Shown here in pieces: positions 36,635-49,100 of a stretch of 64,000 bases of DNA (positions within the stretch are counted from its first letter, which is position 1; each line of letters opens with the position of its first letter). Below the pieces are notes generated by a model. It worked only from the letters and a program-made list of their open reading frames with translations, was not told the origin of the DNA and did no database searches. Location of the stretch: the NCBI GenBank assembly GCA_001662655.1, contig KV460270.1; one strand, 5' to 3'. The translations under genes were made by a program, and so were the position numbers. This DNA comes from Pseudogymnoascus verrucosus. Lineage: Eukaryota.

Positions 36635-37243
36635 ATGGGGGTGAGGGGATGGGAGGAGGGGGGAGGGTGTATTGATGTTGGGATGGATGTACGCGGTTAC
36701 GAGAATCGGAATGGAAGGGCTTGGGGAGAGCTGTTTATGTCAAGTTAGGGGTGAGCGCAGGTGTATGTATACACACATAATTCGCGGAAGACAGAGTTCA
36801 AATCAACGCCGTATAATTGCACCCTTACATTGTATCTAGTGAAATAAACATAGGGGACTAGCGGACAACGCTATGGTATGGTATGTACAGATTTATGAAA
36901 ATTTCCAAAGAGTGTGTTTGTCCCGAAAACCCAGGGAACCCGAGAAAGACCTATTATGTATGCAATATTAAAACAGTGTTATAAAAAGAAGTATCCAAGC
37001 TATCCCCCCCCCGTCCGCCTGCCAGAAGTGATGATGATGACCTCTTCCGATTTCCAAACTCCTGCTTTGCCCTATAACTTGCCCCGTGCTTCGCTCGATC
37101 GTGGGTATATATTTAAGTGTAGATTTCGACATTCGATTATAAGATTATATATAGTGCTCCTCCCATTCTATCCCGCGCCGCCGTTGGGCCCGAAACATAG
37201 ATGTGTTTGTTGGAGCGGATTGTGGTATATTCCTCGTCGTGGT

Positions 37244-37821
37244 TTATTCCTCCTTGCTCTCGTCGCTCTCGCTCTCGCTCGCGCCAGGGGTAGGTGGTCG
37301 TGCGCCAGGCATCGGTGGTAGGTTTGTGTTCTGGGTAGGGGATGGGACGGGCTTTCTAGCCGTGCCGGGGCGGCTGGCCGTCTTTGGCCTCTCGGTGGTG
37401 TTGGGGGCGTTCAGGTTGTTGTCGTCTTGAGGGTTTTCGAAGGTGTCGCCGCTGATAGCCTTGCGGGCGCGAGGGCTGGGGGCACGATCGGGGAGGGCGG
37501 CGGTGGCCTTGAGGCGCTCCTCGGTCGCGCGGAGTGCTTCTTCGAGGGCTTTGAGCTCGGATGTGTGTGTTGAGACGAGTCTCTTCCTTGGGGTTGTGTT
37601 AGTAAATGTCTCGGCGGCCGGTGAAAGTGTCGGTCAAGGGACCAAGGGGAGGCTGCATACTTTTGGTCAACTGCGGCATCGAGGTCTGCGATGCTGTTGT
37701 CTATCTTGAATAAATCGTCTAGAGTGATAGAGAAATGGCGAGCCATGGTGGATTGCGGTCGGCGTCCGCTGGGCTTCCATTCCCTGTCCAACTCTTCGTC
37801 TGAGCGTTGGGTAACAGACAT
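37244..37821 (-). CDS. Hypothetical coiled-coil protein; 1 intron (~37590-37660)
   Basis: MSVTQRSDEELDREWKPSGRRPQSTMA...LDAAVDQK/KRLVSTHTSELKALEEALRATEERLK...PPMPGARPPTPGASE; 3' end may include a further exon. Confidence 0.7.
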
Positions 37822-38304
37822 AATGGGTAATGAGGGAGGGGGTGTTGGTCGTTGGTTGTATGTGAGAAAAGTCGCAAGATAGATCAAAGGCTAGAAAGTT
37901 GCTCGTTGATCTTTGTCGCAAGATGGTATAATAGAACTTATCCGACTTGATAAAATGTTGGGAAGAACAAGAAAGCAGAATTATAGAGGGGGGGGAGGGA
38001 GGGTGATTTGGGAGTAGAAGGGGAAGGTATCAGCAGCCGGTGATTGAAGCCACTAATCCGGGGTCAGGTCTCAAGAAAGGGGCGGCGGGGCTAGCGTTAG
38101 GCGTTTGTGCGAGGCAATCTTGTATCTCGGCGGATAAATGATGAAGATCAGCAGGAGAATGTGCAAGTACGAGAACGGAAAGGGGATGCGTGGAGATGAG
38201 GTTTTGATATTTAACAAGAAATAGAGTAGTATCTATCCATATGTGCCGTGTTTATCGGTATATAGATATGATGATGATATAACGACGTCGGTGAGTGAGT
38301 TACG

Positions 38305-38560
38305 GTCTCAGTGAGACCATGCACCTTGCACCGATCATTTCCTGCTTTTCTGTGTACCCGCCCCGAGTACCCTAGCAGTATCCTACTCTAGTTACTCTAA
38401 TACTAGATTAGTAGTAGCAGCCGTGTAGATATTCTAGTTAATCTAGCTATTCTAGTTGCTTTGTATCTGCTCTAGGTACTCTATTTACTCTAGTAACTCT
38501 ACCCTGCGGCAGTCACGGCTGCTCCTTGGTGTGTGCTTCTCGGTGTGTGCTTTTCTGTGA
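38305..38560. repeat. CTAG/TpA-rich degenerate repeat patch, possible RIP-mutated element relic
   Basis: Direct repeat TGCTTTTCTGTG (38343, 38548); inverted repeat AGCAGCCGTG/CACGGCTGCT (38416, 38514); ACTCTAGTWACTCTA twice; many CTAG. Confidence 0.4.
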
Positions 38561-39090
38561 AGAAGCACTGACTTGGTCGAGTAGAATATCGCGACAATAA
38601 TTTCTATAAAATATTACATTACGGTTAATACAGCTGTTAATATACCAAAATTATCTTTAGCTCTAATATATTTTTATTTTATTTGATATTACCGTAATTG
38701 TATTGTTCGTTTACTCCACGATCTCAGAACTACTCCTCGAAATGCTTGTATAGTACTTCCTGTCATGCCCGGGCCGCATTTGGCCCGCAATCACAGTCCC
38801 AGCCTCACTCGCAAGTTGTCGAAAGTTGGCCTGCCCTGCACGTGATTAGACATCCTAAAGTTTGTCTCCTCGTGCACCTTCCAACTACAACACCAAAAGG
38901 GCGGCCAATCCACCCTCGAGCCTTCCGAAACACACTTCATCTCAGGATTTTGAAGCCACAAAGATCGTCCCATTCAAAGACGGTCTGCTGTTGCTTCGAA
39001 ACCACCCCTCCAGAGTCAGCCGTGGCTCCTATTCACCCTCACGCACGACGCGACAGTCTCCTCGACGGCTGGCGGGGAGGCTATCGTGGA

Positions 39091-41622
39091 ATGAATAATA
39101 TAACGGCCTACACACCTCTTGAATCGCTATTACTGTTTCAATCCTTGGCCGTCTTTGGGACCGAAGCCAACGTGTTCGCGCGAATCTCGGACCTCCTCAA
39201 GAACAACATCCTCATACGAGATGGCGACCGATACGACCCAGGCCGACTCAGTCCCGATTCCCTTCGCGAACTGTATCTACAACTACTGCGCGAAGAGCTG
39301 AAGAGCGAACTCGAAGCTGAGATTCCTGGCGACGCGAGCCCGTCGAAGAAGCGCAAGATTCAGAGCCCGCCACTCCCGACAATCAAGGATGCGAAGGAAT
39401 ACAGTGGAAAGCTTCCGCAGCTGGTAGATCGACTTTATGCGAGATACAGAGATCAAACCATACAGGCCATTCGGGATGATGAGCGGCGATACGATGTGCT
39501 CAAACGAGAGCTCAAGGAAATCGAGCGTGGAGAGTGGGACGAAAGGATCATGAAAGATGAGCGACGTGGACAGAGAACAACCAGCGAAGATTCCAGGAGG
39601 GCACCAAGTGTACCGGTTGTCTCTGAAAAGCCTGAAAGGCCCGCGTCCCGAGGTGCAGAACTACAGGCGGCACCAGCAGCCTCTCCGCTGGCTTCACCAC
39701 GAACGGAGCCAAGACATGAAGGTTTGGCAATCAGTGACGTTCTCAACACTCACGAAGTTCCCGCATCGCCTCGACCCCTTGAAAAGGATACGGTGCCTCG
39801 TGTACGGAATGTCCCGCCCATAAACCACCACAGGACGCCTAGCACCGACCGCCCCCATGGACCTTCTCCACTGCAACCTGGCCAAAGACCGCCCCCTCTT
39901 GACCGAAAGTGGGAGAATTACCAACCTCCTCCAACTCAGCCATATTCTCCTCATGCTCCGACTCCACAAGGATATTCGCCTTACCCACAGGGGCAATACG
40001 CCCCGGTGTATCCCCAGCGAGGCTCCTTCTCTGGCCCCTTGCCACCCGCTCGCGGCCCAGTTCCTTCTTCCCCTCACGCAGCACAGCCTCTGCACTTGCC
40101 GCCTCAAGGCCAGCAAGGCCCTGGTTCTCCAGCAAAGCCTTTGGATCAGTTGGCAGAAGTGGCTGATCAACAATACCGACCGCCGCAGCAAGTTCAGGGA
40201 CAGCAAATGGCTCAATATCCTCCCACCCCTGGCCAACAAATGGGACCGTATCCCCCAGGTCCTGGCCTTCAAGTGTCCCAATATTCTCCAGCCCAGTATG
40301 CCCAACCTCCCCCACAGCAACCATTCAGAAGCAACGGGCAGCATCCGCAAGGGCAACTGCCTGCACAGTGGAACCAGTACCAACAGCTTCCACCTGCAAA
40401 CTACTACCCTGCGCCTGGTCCACAGCCCGGGCAACGACCATTCCCAGTTAGGCCAGAAATTGCACAGCCGGAGCAAAGGCAGTACAACTCGCCATACAAC
40501 CCAAGCGGTGGCCAGCCTCCAGCTTTCAAATCAACCCCCGCTCCGAAGCCTCTGCTGCGCGATACTCAGCCAAACACACCAGTTACAAGGCCGATTCTCA
40601 GCACTGGAAGAGCTACCAGATGGACCCCAGTGGCGACCCCCGGGACTCCCAAAGCGTCTATTTCCCCCGATGCACCAGCTTTCGAACCTCTGAGCCCGCA
40701 GCCCAAATCTTCTACCTTGCCCAAGGACAAGGGTAAGAAGCCTCGTGGTCGACCGCCCCGCATCAGGGAAGGCAGCACCGCCTCACCTGCGCCGCGGCCA
40801 GCACCACCATCACAAGCACCAGATGCCAAGGTGAAGAAAGAAACGCCTGGCCTCCGCCCTCTCCAAGATCTCGCACTCGCTACCTCCGCCGAAGACACGG
40901 CAGGAGCAACAACCGACGAGACCCCCGCCCCCCCTTCCTCGCCTCTTCGCAAGCGCAAGCGCAGCCCTGCGCGCGCGCCGTCAAAGCCTCCCACTCACGT
41001 CCTTTGGACGCGCAACTTCTCTAGAATCTCGGCGTCGGCGCTAGAGCGTATCGGTGCTCACCGCTGTGCGAGCACTTTCGCCAATCCCATCAAGGAGCGC
41101 GACGCGCCGGGTTACAAAGATGTAATCCTGCGCCCGCAGGACTTGAAGTCGATCCGCTCTGCGATCACGGCGGGCTCACGCGCTGGGCTCGCCGCGGTGG
41201 CTAGTATGGATGAGGAGAGTGATAAGGGGCAAGCGAGTCTGCAGCTCCCTATCAGCGAAGAGCTTGTGCCGCCGAAGGGTATCGTGAATAATGCGCAGTT
41301 GGAGAAGGAGCTCATGCTCATGTTTGCGAATGCGATCATGTTCAACCCCGATCCCGATCACGGATTCGGTCGCGCATTCTCGGTGAGGAAAGGGACCCCC
41401 GCGGAAGTTGAAGATAATAGAGGGTATACGCTTGATGAGGATGGAGTGGTGCAGGATACGAAGACGATGTTTGCGGATGTGGAGAAGATTGTTGGGGAGC
41501 TGAGGAGCGCGGAGCAGAGGAAGAGCGAGGAGAAGGAGGGGCTGGAGAGGAGGGCGAGGGAGAGCGAGAGTGTGGATGATGCAGACCAGGAGGGGCCGGG
41601 GAAGAAGAGGAAGAGGGGTTAG
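39091..41622 (+). CDS. Bromodomain protein (BRD8-like): N-terminal helical/coiled-coil region, P/Q-rich middle, AT-hook, C-terminal bromodomain
   Basis: YTPLESLLLFQSL; KPRGRPPR AT-hook; FANPIKERDAPGYKDVILRPQDLKSI and LMLMFANAIMFN bromodomain motifs; terminal KKRKR NLS. Confidence 0.85.
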   Translation: MNNITAYTPLESLLLFQSLAVFGTEANVFARISDLLKNNILIRDGDRYDPGRLSPDSLRELYLQLLREELKSELEAEIPGDASPSKKRKIQSPPLPTIKDAKEYSGKLPQLVDRLYARYRDQTIQAIRDDERRYDVLKRELKEIERGEWDERIMKDERRGQRTTSEDSRRAPSVPVVSEKPERPASRGAELQAAPAASPLASPRTEPRHEGLAISDVLNTHEVPASPRPLEKDTVPRVRNVPPINHHRTPSTDRPHGPSPLQPGQRPPPLDRKWENYQPPPTQPYSPHAPTPQGYSPYPQGQYAPVYPQRGSFSGPLPPARGPVPSSPHAAQPLHLPPQGQQGPGSPAKPLDQLAEVADQQYRPPQQVQGQQMAQYPPTPGQQMGPYPPGPGLQVSQYSPAQYAQPPPQQPFRSNGQHPQGQLPAQWNQYQQLPPANYYPAPGPQPGQRPFPVRPEIAQPEQRQYNSPYNPSGGQPPAFKSTPAPKPLLRDTQPNTPVTRPILSTGRATRWTPVATPGTPKASISPDAPAFEPLSPQPKSSTLPKDKGKKPRGRPPRIREGSTASPAPRPAPPSQAPDAKVKKETPGLRPLQDLALATSAEDTAGATTDETPAPPSSPLRKRKRSPARAPSKPPTHVLWTRNFSRISASALERIGAHRCASTFANPIKERDAPGYKDVILRPQDLKSIRSAITAGSRAGLAAVASMDEESDKGQASLQLPISEELVPPKGIVNNAQLEKELMLMFANAIMFNPDPDHGFGRAFSVRKGTPAEVEDNRGYTLDEDGVVQDTKTMFADVEKIVGELRSAEQRKSEEKEGLERRARESESVDDADQEGPGKKRKRG

Positions 41623-41991
41623 GTGACTGATGGTTTTACGAGGATGGCGTGAATGGTGAGCGATTGTATTTTTAGGAGGGTGGCTTTTGATTAGGCGCAG
41701 TTGCTTTATGGGATATGGCTCAATAAGCAAGGATAGATAATTCCGTTGAGATGTATGCTTCTGTAGAATTAACTACATACGATGGGGTAGACAACATATA
41801 TTTTGAGCCTCAGCTACGTGTGTCTTCATATCTGGGTTCATGCAGACCAATGCATGAAATAGGAGCTTGCATACGGATGTAGCGTAGTTCTGTTTCCCAC
41901 GACGCTTGATCTTCGGAACTAACAATGCATCGTCCATCTGCCTTCGTCAACCAAAGCATGTTCCATCACAACCTAAACCCCGCGGCGTAAA

Positions 41992-43409
41992 ATGCAGCGA
42001 CGGCTCCCATTCGACGATGTTGCTTGGGAACAAAGTGACAACGTCTACTTCGAATGGCGCACCAAGCTTCTCAAACCAGAAACCCTAACAGAAATCGCCC
42101 TCTTCGTTGCAAAGTATCACCTCGGAACTCCAGTAGTAGAACGCCTCTCACCGGTGCATATAACGTAGCAGTGGTTATTGATTTCAGCGACGACGGTTCG
42201 ACATTGATTCGCTTTCCCAAGCCGGGCAAGGTGATGTTTCCCGAGGAGAAGGTCCGGAATGAAGTCGCTGTTATGCGGTATGTTCATGCTCATACTTCGA
42301 TACCGGTGCCGTTTATTCTGCACTGGGGAACGAGAGAAGAGAGTCCTTGTGGGTTGGGGCCGTTTATTGTTATGGAGTATGTTGAGCATGCTTGTGATGT
42401 TAGTGATGCTTTGAATACGCCTGGGATTCCGTATGAGGAGAGACCGATTCTTGATCCGTCTATAGATGGAGAAAAACTTCGGGGATTGTATGGGCAGGTT
42501 GCAGATGTTCTGCTTCAGCTGTCCAAGTTATCATTCCTGAAGATAGGGTCTCTGGCACAAGTCGACAATGGGGATACTTGGAGAGTGACAGAGAGGCCAT
42601 TGTCGTCAAATATGAACGAGATTGTACAGCTCGGAACTCTACCACGCTCAAAACTACCTGATAAAAGTGCAACATTTAAGACCTCTTCTTCATACCTCAC
42701 TACACTGGCCAATATGCACCTCCGCCATTTGACCCATCAGCGAAACGACGCCATCGATAGCTCAAGCGACTGTCGCCGCAAATATATTGCAAGATACCTT
42801 TTTTGGAAGCTCTCTCTCGAGGGCAGACTATCGCACCCCGATCACAATTCCGGGCCTTTCAAACTCTGGTGCGACGATTTGCGCCCAGCTAACATGTTAG
42901 TTAATTCCAATCTCGAATTAGTCGCCGTCATCGACTGGGAATTCACATACTCCGCTCCAGTAGAATTCTCACACGCACCCCCCTGGTGGCTCCTAATCGA
43001 ACAACCAGAGTTCTGGCCGAGAGGAATCGATGAATGGATTACAGCCTACGAACCTCGGCTTCAAACATTTTTAGCTGTTCTCCGAGAGCGTGAAGATGCA
43101 CTTATACAGGAGGACAGGCTTGGAGAGGAGCAGAGACTCTCGCTCCCTATGCGGGAAAGCTGGGATAGTGGCGATTTCTGGGTCGTGTATGCTGCGAGGA
43201 AGGGGTTTACTTTCAATGCGGTATTCTGGAAGTATTTGGATTCGCGTTTCTTTGGGCCTGTGGCGGGGTTGGATGGGGATGAGTGGGAGAGGAGGGCTGG
43301 GTTGTTGGACGAAGAGGAGATTATGGAAATTGACAGCTTCGTCGAACAAAAAGTGGAGGAATTGAAAACTCGAGTCTTAGCATGGGAACCCGAGGAGCAA
43401 CTTGGATAA
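41992..43409 (+). pseudogene. APH/choline-kinase-like phosphotransferase with an apparent frameshift near 42135-42145
   Basis: Frame 1: MQRRLPFDDVAWEQSD...KYHLGTPV; second frame: TPLTGAYNV..IRFPKPG..MFPEEKVRNEVAVM, FIVMEYV, LWCDDLRPANML, AVIDWEF. Confidence 0.7.
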
Positions 43410-43445
43410 GTTAATTTGGTGTATATACGATATTATATCTGAATT

Positions 43446-45141
43446 CTACCCCATATTAGAGCTATATTTGCCCATTTCCCTAATCCGCGGCCCATAAAAC
43501 CAAAAGACGAACGGGATCGGGATATTCAACACCGAGACGATGGCGAGCACACTAAACGCCCAATCATTCCCCAGACTTCGAAACATCGGCGGGACAATGA
43601 GCGGGAATGCAGCAGCGAGCACGCTGCGCATGAATGTGTTCGCGGCTACGGCACTGGCGCCCCACCGCTGGAAGGTGTCGACGAGGTAATTTAGGGCGCT
43701 GGTGAAGATTGTGTAGTAGCCGAAACCCATCATGGTGACTCCTATTACGGTTGCTATCCATGGGAGTTGTGGGGAGGCAGTCCATCCTATGATGAAGAGT
43801 CCGCCGGATAGAATAACTGAGGCAATCATCATTGGTGGTAGTCGAGCCTCGGGTACCGGTTTGAAATCGTTGGCTTCGTAGGCGATGTTATAGTATTTTT
43901 GATTTAGAGCGCTGAGTGCGGCGCCCATAATTATTCCTATAAGCACACCAAGGAATGGAAGTGATCCAACGACTTCATTCCAGCCTCGTGCCTCTTGGAA
44001 GATGATGGGGAATGATGCCAGACTGGCATAGAACGTTCCATAGATGAAAGAGGAGTAGATGGTAACTGAGAGGCAAATTGGCGTTAGTAGCATCTGTAGA
44101 GGTCGAAGACCGAATTTTATGGCCAGTTCCTTGATAGAAACAGTGGTTTCTTCCCACTCAGCGTGTAGTCCCCAGTTCCCTGTGTTCTGTCTCAGCTTGC
44201 GTGCCTTTCTAACCAGCAATATCGGCACATAGGATTCTTCAATGAATATTAGACCTGGAATGAGTATCGAGGCCTGCAAGATGCCGGTAGTCTGATGCTT
44301 GTGTTAAATGAGTTCTTCGCGCAATGCTCTCTGGATCACAGCTACATACATATTCAGTCCATCTCCAATTGATGCCGCTGTAAATAATAGCACCGCCAAC
44401 GACGGGTCCCAGTGACTTGCAATTATGTTAATGATAATCTGGCGATGGGGGTCGACTTCAACATACCGGGCCACCACAGACGGCCAGTGTATACCCAACA
44501 ATAGCATTTCCTCGTTGGGATGCGTCCCAGATATCAACATAGACTCCTCCTGTGCAGGTGATAGGAGCAGCTCCAAAGAATCCGGTGAAGAACCGAGTAA
44601 TCAGGACCGTTTGGATGTCCTTAGCCGTCGCCGTCCCAAATGACATCACAATAGAGATAAAGAATGGGATCAAGACAGGCCATTTTCGACCATAGACTTC
44701 TGACAGCGGTGCCCAAAGTAGCGGTCCGAAACCCCAACTATGTGGTAAATCAGCAGTGGCCATGACGATACCAAGGGCTCCACTGACCCTAAGAGCAAAA
44801 GACTTGTCCCGATGATGGCCACGTCTGGTGACACATTAAACTCGTCGGCGATCTTGCTATTAGCAGGCGCATATCTGATAGATCGATTAGCAACTTGGAT
44901 ATAAATTTTGGGTTCACAAGTTTTCTAACGCTGTGCTTGCCCACACGGATCCGAGGCTTGTCAGACTATAAAGACCGCTCGTAACCACTTTTCTTGAAAA
45001 CGACCAGTTCAGTGGGTTCGCTGGATCAGCAGGGCCATCAAAATCAACAATCCCGCCTTCATCTGCTTCACATGTATTAACATGTGCAGCAGTGGAAGGC
45101 GACTGCGGCGAAGTCTTCTCTGGGGGTTGTAATTCGGTCAT
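43446..45141 (-). CDS. MFS DHA1 efflux transporter, divergent from the PKS; 4 introns
   Basis: VDFDGPADPANPLNWS, GPLLWAPLSEVYGRK, NWRWTEY, EESYVP, PEARLPPM, NYLVDTF...ASAVAANTFMRS. Confidence 0.92.
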
Positions 45142-46195
45142 GTAGATAATTATTGATAATCAAAGTTTAAAGTTTACACAAATCTCAGACGCCTTTTCCG
45201 CCACCGTGACATCCTTTATAACCCGAGCACTAAAATCCCACTAATGCACAGATGGACAGACAGGAAGGTAGTGGGATTGATAATGATATCTGGAAGCAAA
45301 GCTACTCTAACAACGCATGGAAGCTAAGGTGAAAGCGGTAGCGGCGTGATGGTTCGTCTCGGCCCCTCTCATATTCACGGATCGGATTAATAATTTAACC
45401 GTTTGACGTCCATCCTTCCTCGACGAGCACATGAGCCTTTGCTGTACTTGTGATATGCGCCATCTTGTAATCTGGCAAAGGGTTAAAATTCATACTGGAC
45501 GCAGTTTATTTATTCTTGCACTGGATACTGCGTAGGTTCTTTGCAATGACTTTAACTAAGGGGACTCACGTCGAGGCTCCCGTTGATGGACACCACAACG
45601 CGTGACAGAGAAGATGCGCGAGTTGTATTATAATACAATATATTATACTGCAGAGCAATACCCACAGCGGCATTTATTCCTTGCTTTCCGCTCCTCCGCG
45701 CGCCGTGGACATGGGAATACTATAAACTGCGTGATCATGCCGCTGTAGCCTCATTATACAAATGCCACGACTTGAATCGGACCCCGGGGAGTGGCGGATT
45801 GCGGCACAACCAATCAAATGCAGCTAATATCTACGACAGGACCGACGAGGCAGGTGAGCGGTTTGCGAAACGGTGTCCGAACTTAGTGCAAGGCAAGGCT
45901 CCGAATATGGGGATGGTAGCACCCAGGCATCTTCGGCTTCAGCTAATATTTATCAGTGGCCAATTATGGCTGAATTTCCTTGGATGGAATAATACGGGAC
46001 CTTGGTCGAATTGGCCAAGGTCTTGTATCTATTAAGGTTGGATCCCTGTGAAGTGAGAAACGATGGAGGATTTTGCTGTGGCTATGATTTCCCAGCGCCC
46101 ATATAATTATGCTCCCAACTCTGTGAACTTCGAGACATGCCAGTGGAGGAATGAATGACTCAGTTTCTCTGAGAATGCAGCCACGAACAGAAATT

Positions 46196-49100
46196 ATGGC
46201 TTCTTGCCAGGTCCTCCTTTTTGGCGACTTAGCCATCCGTTTCGAAGACGAGCTTCGCCAGCTGGTTCACATCAGGGGGAATGAAAGCCTTCGTTCGTTT
46301 TTCGACCAAGTTAGCTATGCTCTTCGGCAGGAATTTGGAAATCTTCCCAGCAACCAGCAAGATCTGTTTCCACGGTTCACTACACTTGTTGACCTTATCT
46401 CAAATTTGGTGGAAACAGAAGGGAACCCCGTTTTGAGGTTTACCCTTCTTCCAGTTTGCGAAATCGGCCAGTTCATTAAGTAAACTTGAAAAGCCCGCCT
46501 TCCATAGGCAAAATACTGACGCAACACTGCTAGATACTTTGGGGAGGGGTCAAGGCTGTACCCCAGTGCCACCGACAGCTACTGTTTGGGGTTATGTGCA
46601 GGTGGGTTTGCGGCCGCAGCAGTCAGCACATCCCAAACTTTGGCCGAGTTGATCCCGGCAGGAGTCGAAGCTGTCCTGACGGCCTTTAGAACCGCTCTCT
46701 GCACTTTGGCTGTTCGAAATGACATAGAAGAGCCCGACAATGGACATCATCGGTCTTGGTCTGCAGTGGCAAACATCCAGGAGGACGAAGCTTCTGACTT
46801 GATTGAGCGATTTATTTTGGAAAAGGTGAGTTAGAACGGGGTGGTACTCAATCACGGTCGTTTAATAGGGGCTAACCGAAACCGTTGATGAAGGGTCTCT
46901 CCCATAGCTCTAAACCATATTTGAGCGCCATAACACCGTCGAATGTAACTATCAGCGGCGCTCCCAGCAGCTTAAAGGAGTTCTTTGCAGCATATTCCCT
47001 GAAATTTTATCACATACCTGTCGAATTACCGTACCATGCGCCTCATCTTTTCCACTCGCGCGACATTGATGAAATCATCTGCCGGTTTGATGACAAATTA
47101 CTTGGTTCGTACAAGCCACGAATTCCCATTTGGTCTGCGGCATCTGGAAAGTCCATTCTTGCCGAAAACTTCAAGAACCTGTTACATGAAGTCGTGACAG
47201 ACACATTACGCGAACAAGTTCAATGGAGGAATATTCTTGAGTCAACCGCCAAACTCCTCGCGAACAGGAATTTTCACGAATGCGCAATCCACACGCTATC
47301 ATCAAATGCTTCCACTCTCCTTTCCTCGGCCATCTCAAGGGGCACAAAAATGGTCGTCACCGTTAATGACTTGTCTGCAAAAACTGGATCGGTACCACAA
47401 CCTCGAAGACACAGTGGACGTTTAGATCAATCCAAGATTGCCGTAGTCGGATATTCGGGTCGTTTTCCAGACGCTGCGTCAAATGAGGAATTTTGGGAAT
47501 TGCTGCGCGCCGGGAAGGATGTTCATCGTCTTGTCCCAAAGGACCGTTTTGACTGGGAAGCCCATTATGACCCCACTGGAAAGACCAAAAACACCAGTCG
47601 GGTCAAATATGGTTGCTTCATCAAGGAGCCCGGGCTATTCGATGCTCGCTTTTTCAACATATCTCCAAGAGAAGCCGAGAACACAGATCCAGCTCAAAGA
47701 TTAGCCATCACAACTACCTATGAGGCACTTGAAATGGCAGGAATGGTGCCCAATAGAACGCCATCAACGCAACAGGACCGCATCGGCGTCTTCTATGGTG
47801 TCACTAGCGACGACTGGAGAGAAGTTAACAGTGGCCAAGATGTAGATACCTATTTTATTCCAGGTGGAAACCGTGCATTTGTTCCGGGGAGAATTAGGTA
47901 CGATATTTTTGCAATACGAAGTGCATATTGACTAATTCCAGATGATAGCTATTTTTTCAGGTTCTCTGGCCCCAGTTTAAGCATAGACACTGCCTGTTCG
48001 TCTAGCTTTGCAGCAATTCAAATTGCTTGTAGTAATCTGTGGAGAGGAGAGTGCGACACTGCCATTGCAGGTGGAACCAATGTTCTGACGAACCCCGACA
48101 ATTTTGCTGGCCTTGATCGAGGTCATTTCCTAACGACTACAGGTATTTAAACCCATCATTATAATAGGTTAAATGGACCAATTTAACCATGCTTTTTTTA
48201 TAGGCAATTGTGATGCTTTTGACGATAAAGCTAGTGGTTATTGCCGCGCCGACGCTGTGGGGTCTGTCATTCTCAAGAGGCTGGAAGATGCTCAAGCCGA
48301 CAATGACCCTATTTTCGGTGTCATTGTAGGGGCATACACAAATCACTGTGGCCAAACAGATTCCATCACTAGACCTCATGAAGGCGACCAAACATCTGTC
48401 TTCAAGCGCATCATTCGACACGCCAATGTGAACCCACTCGATATTAGTTACGTCGAAATGCACGGAACAGGGACTCAAGCTGGAGATGCGACAGAAATGA
48501 ATTCTGTGTTATCAGTATTTGTCCCTGAATGCAAACGAATGCCAGATCATCCTCTCTATCTGGGTTCAGCAAAAGCCAATATCGGCCATGCGGAATCAGC
48601 ATCAGGGGTCTCTTCGCTCATCAAGGTGTTAATGATGATGAAGCACAATGAAATACCACCTCATTGCGGAATAAAAACACGGATTAATCACAAATATCCC
48701 CTCGATCTGAAAGAGCGGAATGTTAATATCGCCGCCACGCCCGTTCCTTGGCACCGAACTGCTTCTGGGAAGCGGTCCGTTTTCTTGAACAATTTCAGTG
48801 CTGCAGGAGGTAATACGGCCGTACTCTTGGAAGATGCTCCATTATCACATCCAATCGATATTACCAGTGACCCTCGCAGCACCCATCTAGTTGCTGTCAC
48901 TGGAAAGTCTGCAAAGTCGTTGAACGATAATATCAAGTCTCTGATTAACTTCCTTGAGCTGAATCCAGACACCCCGCTACCTGCACTGTCATATACGACT
49001 ACTGCAAGGCGAATGCACTATTCGTATAGAACAATATGTTCAGGATCAGACATAAAATCTATCTCGGATGCATTGAAGAAAAAGATAGCAGATTCGGAGT

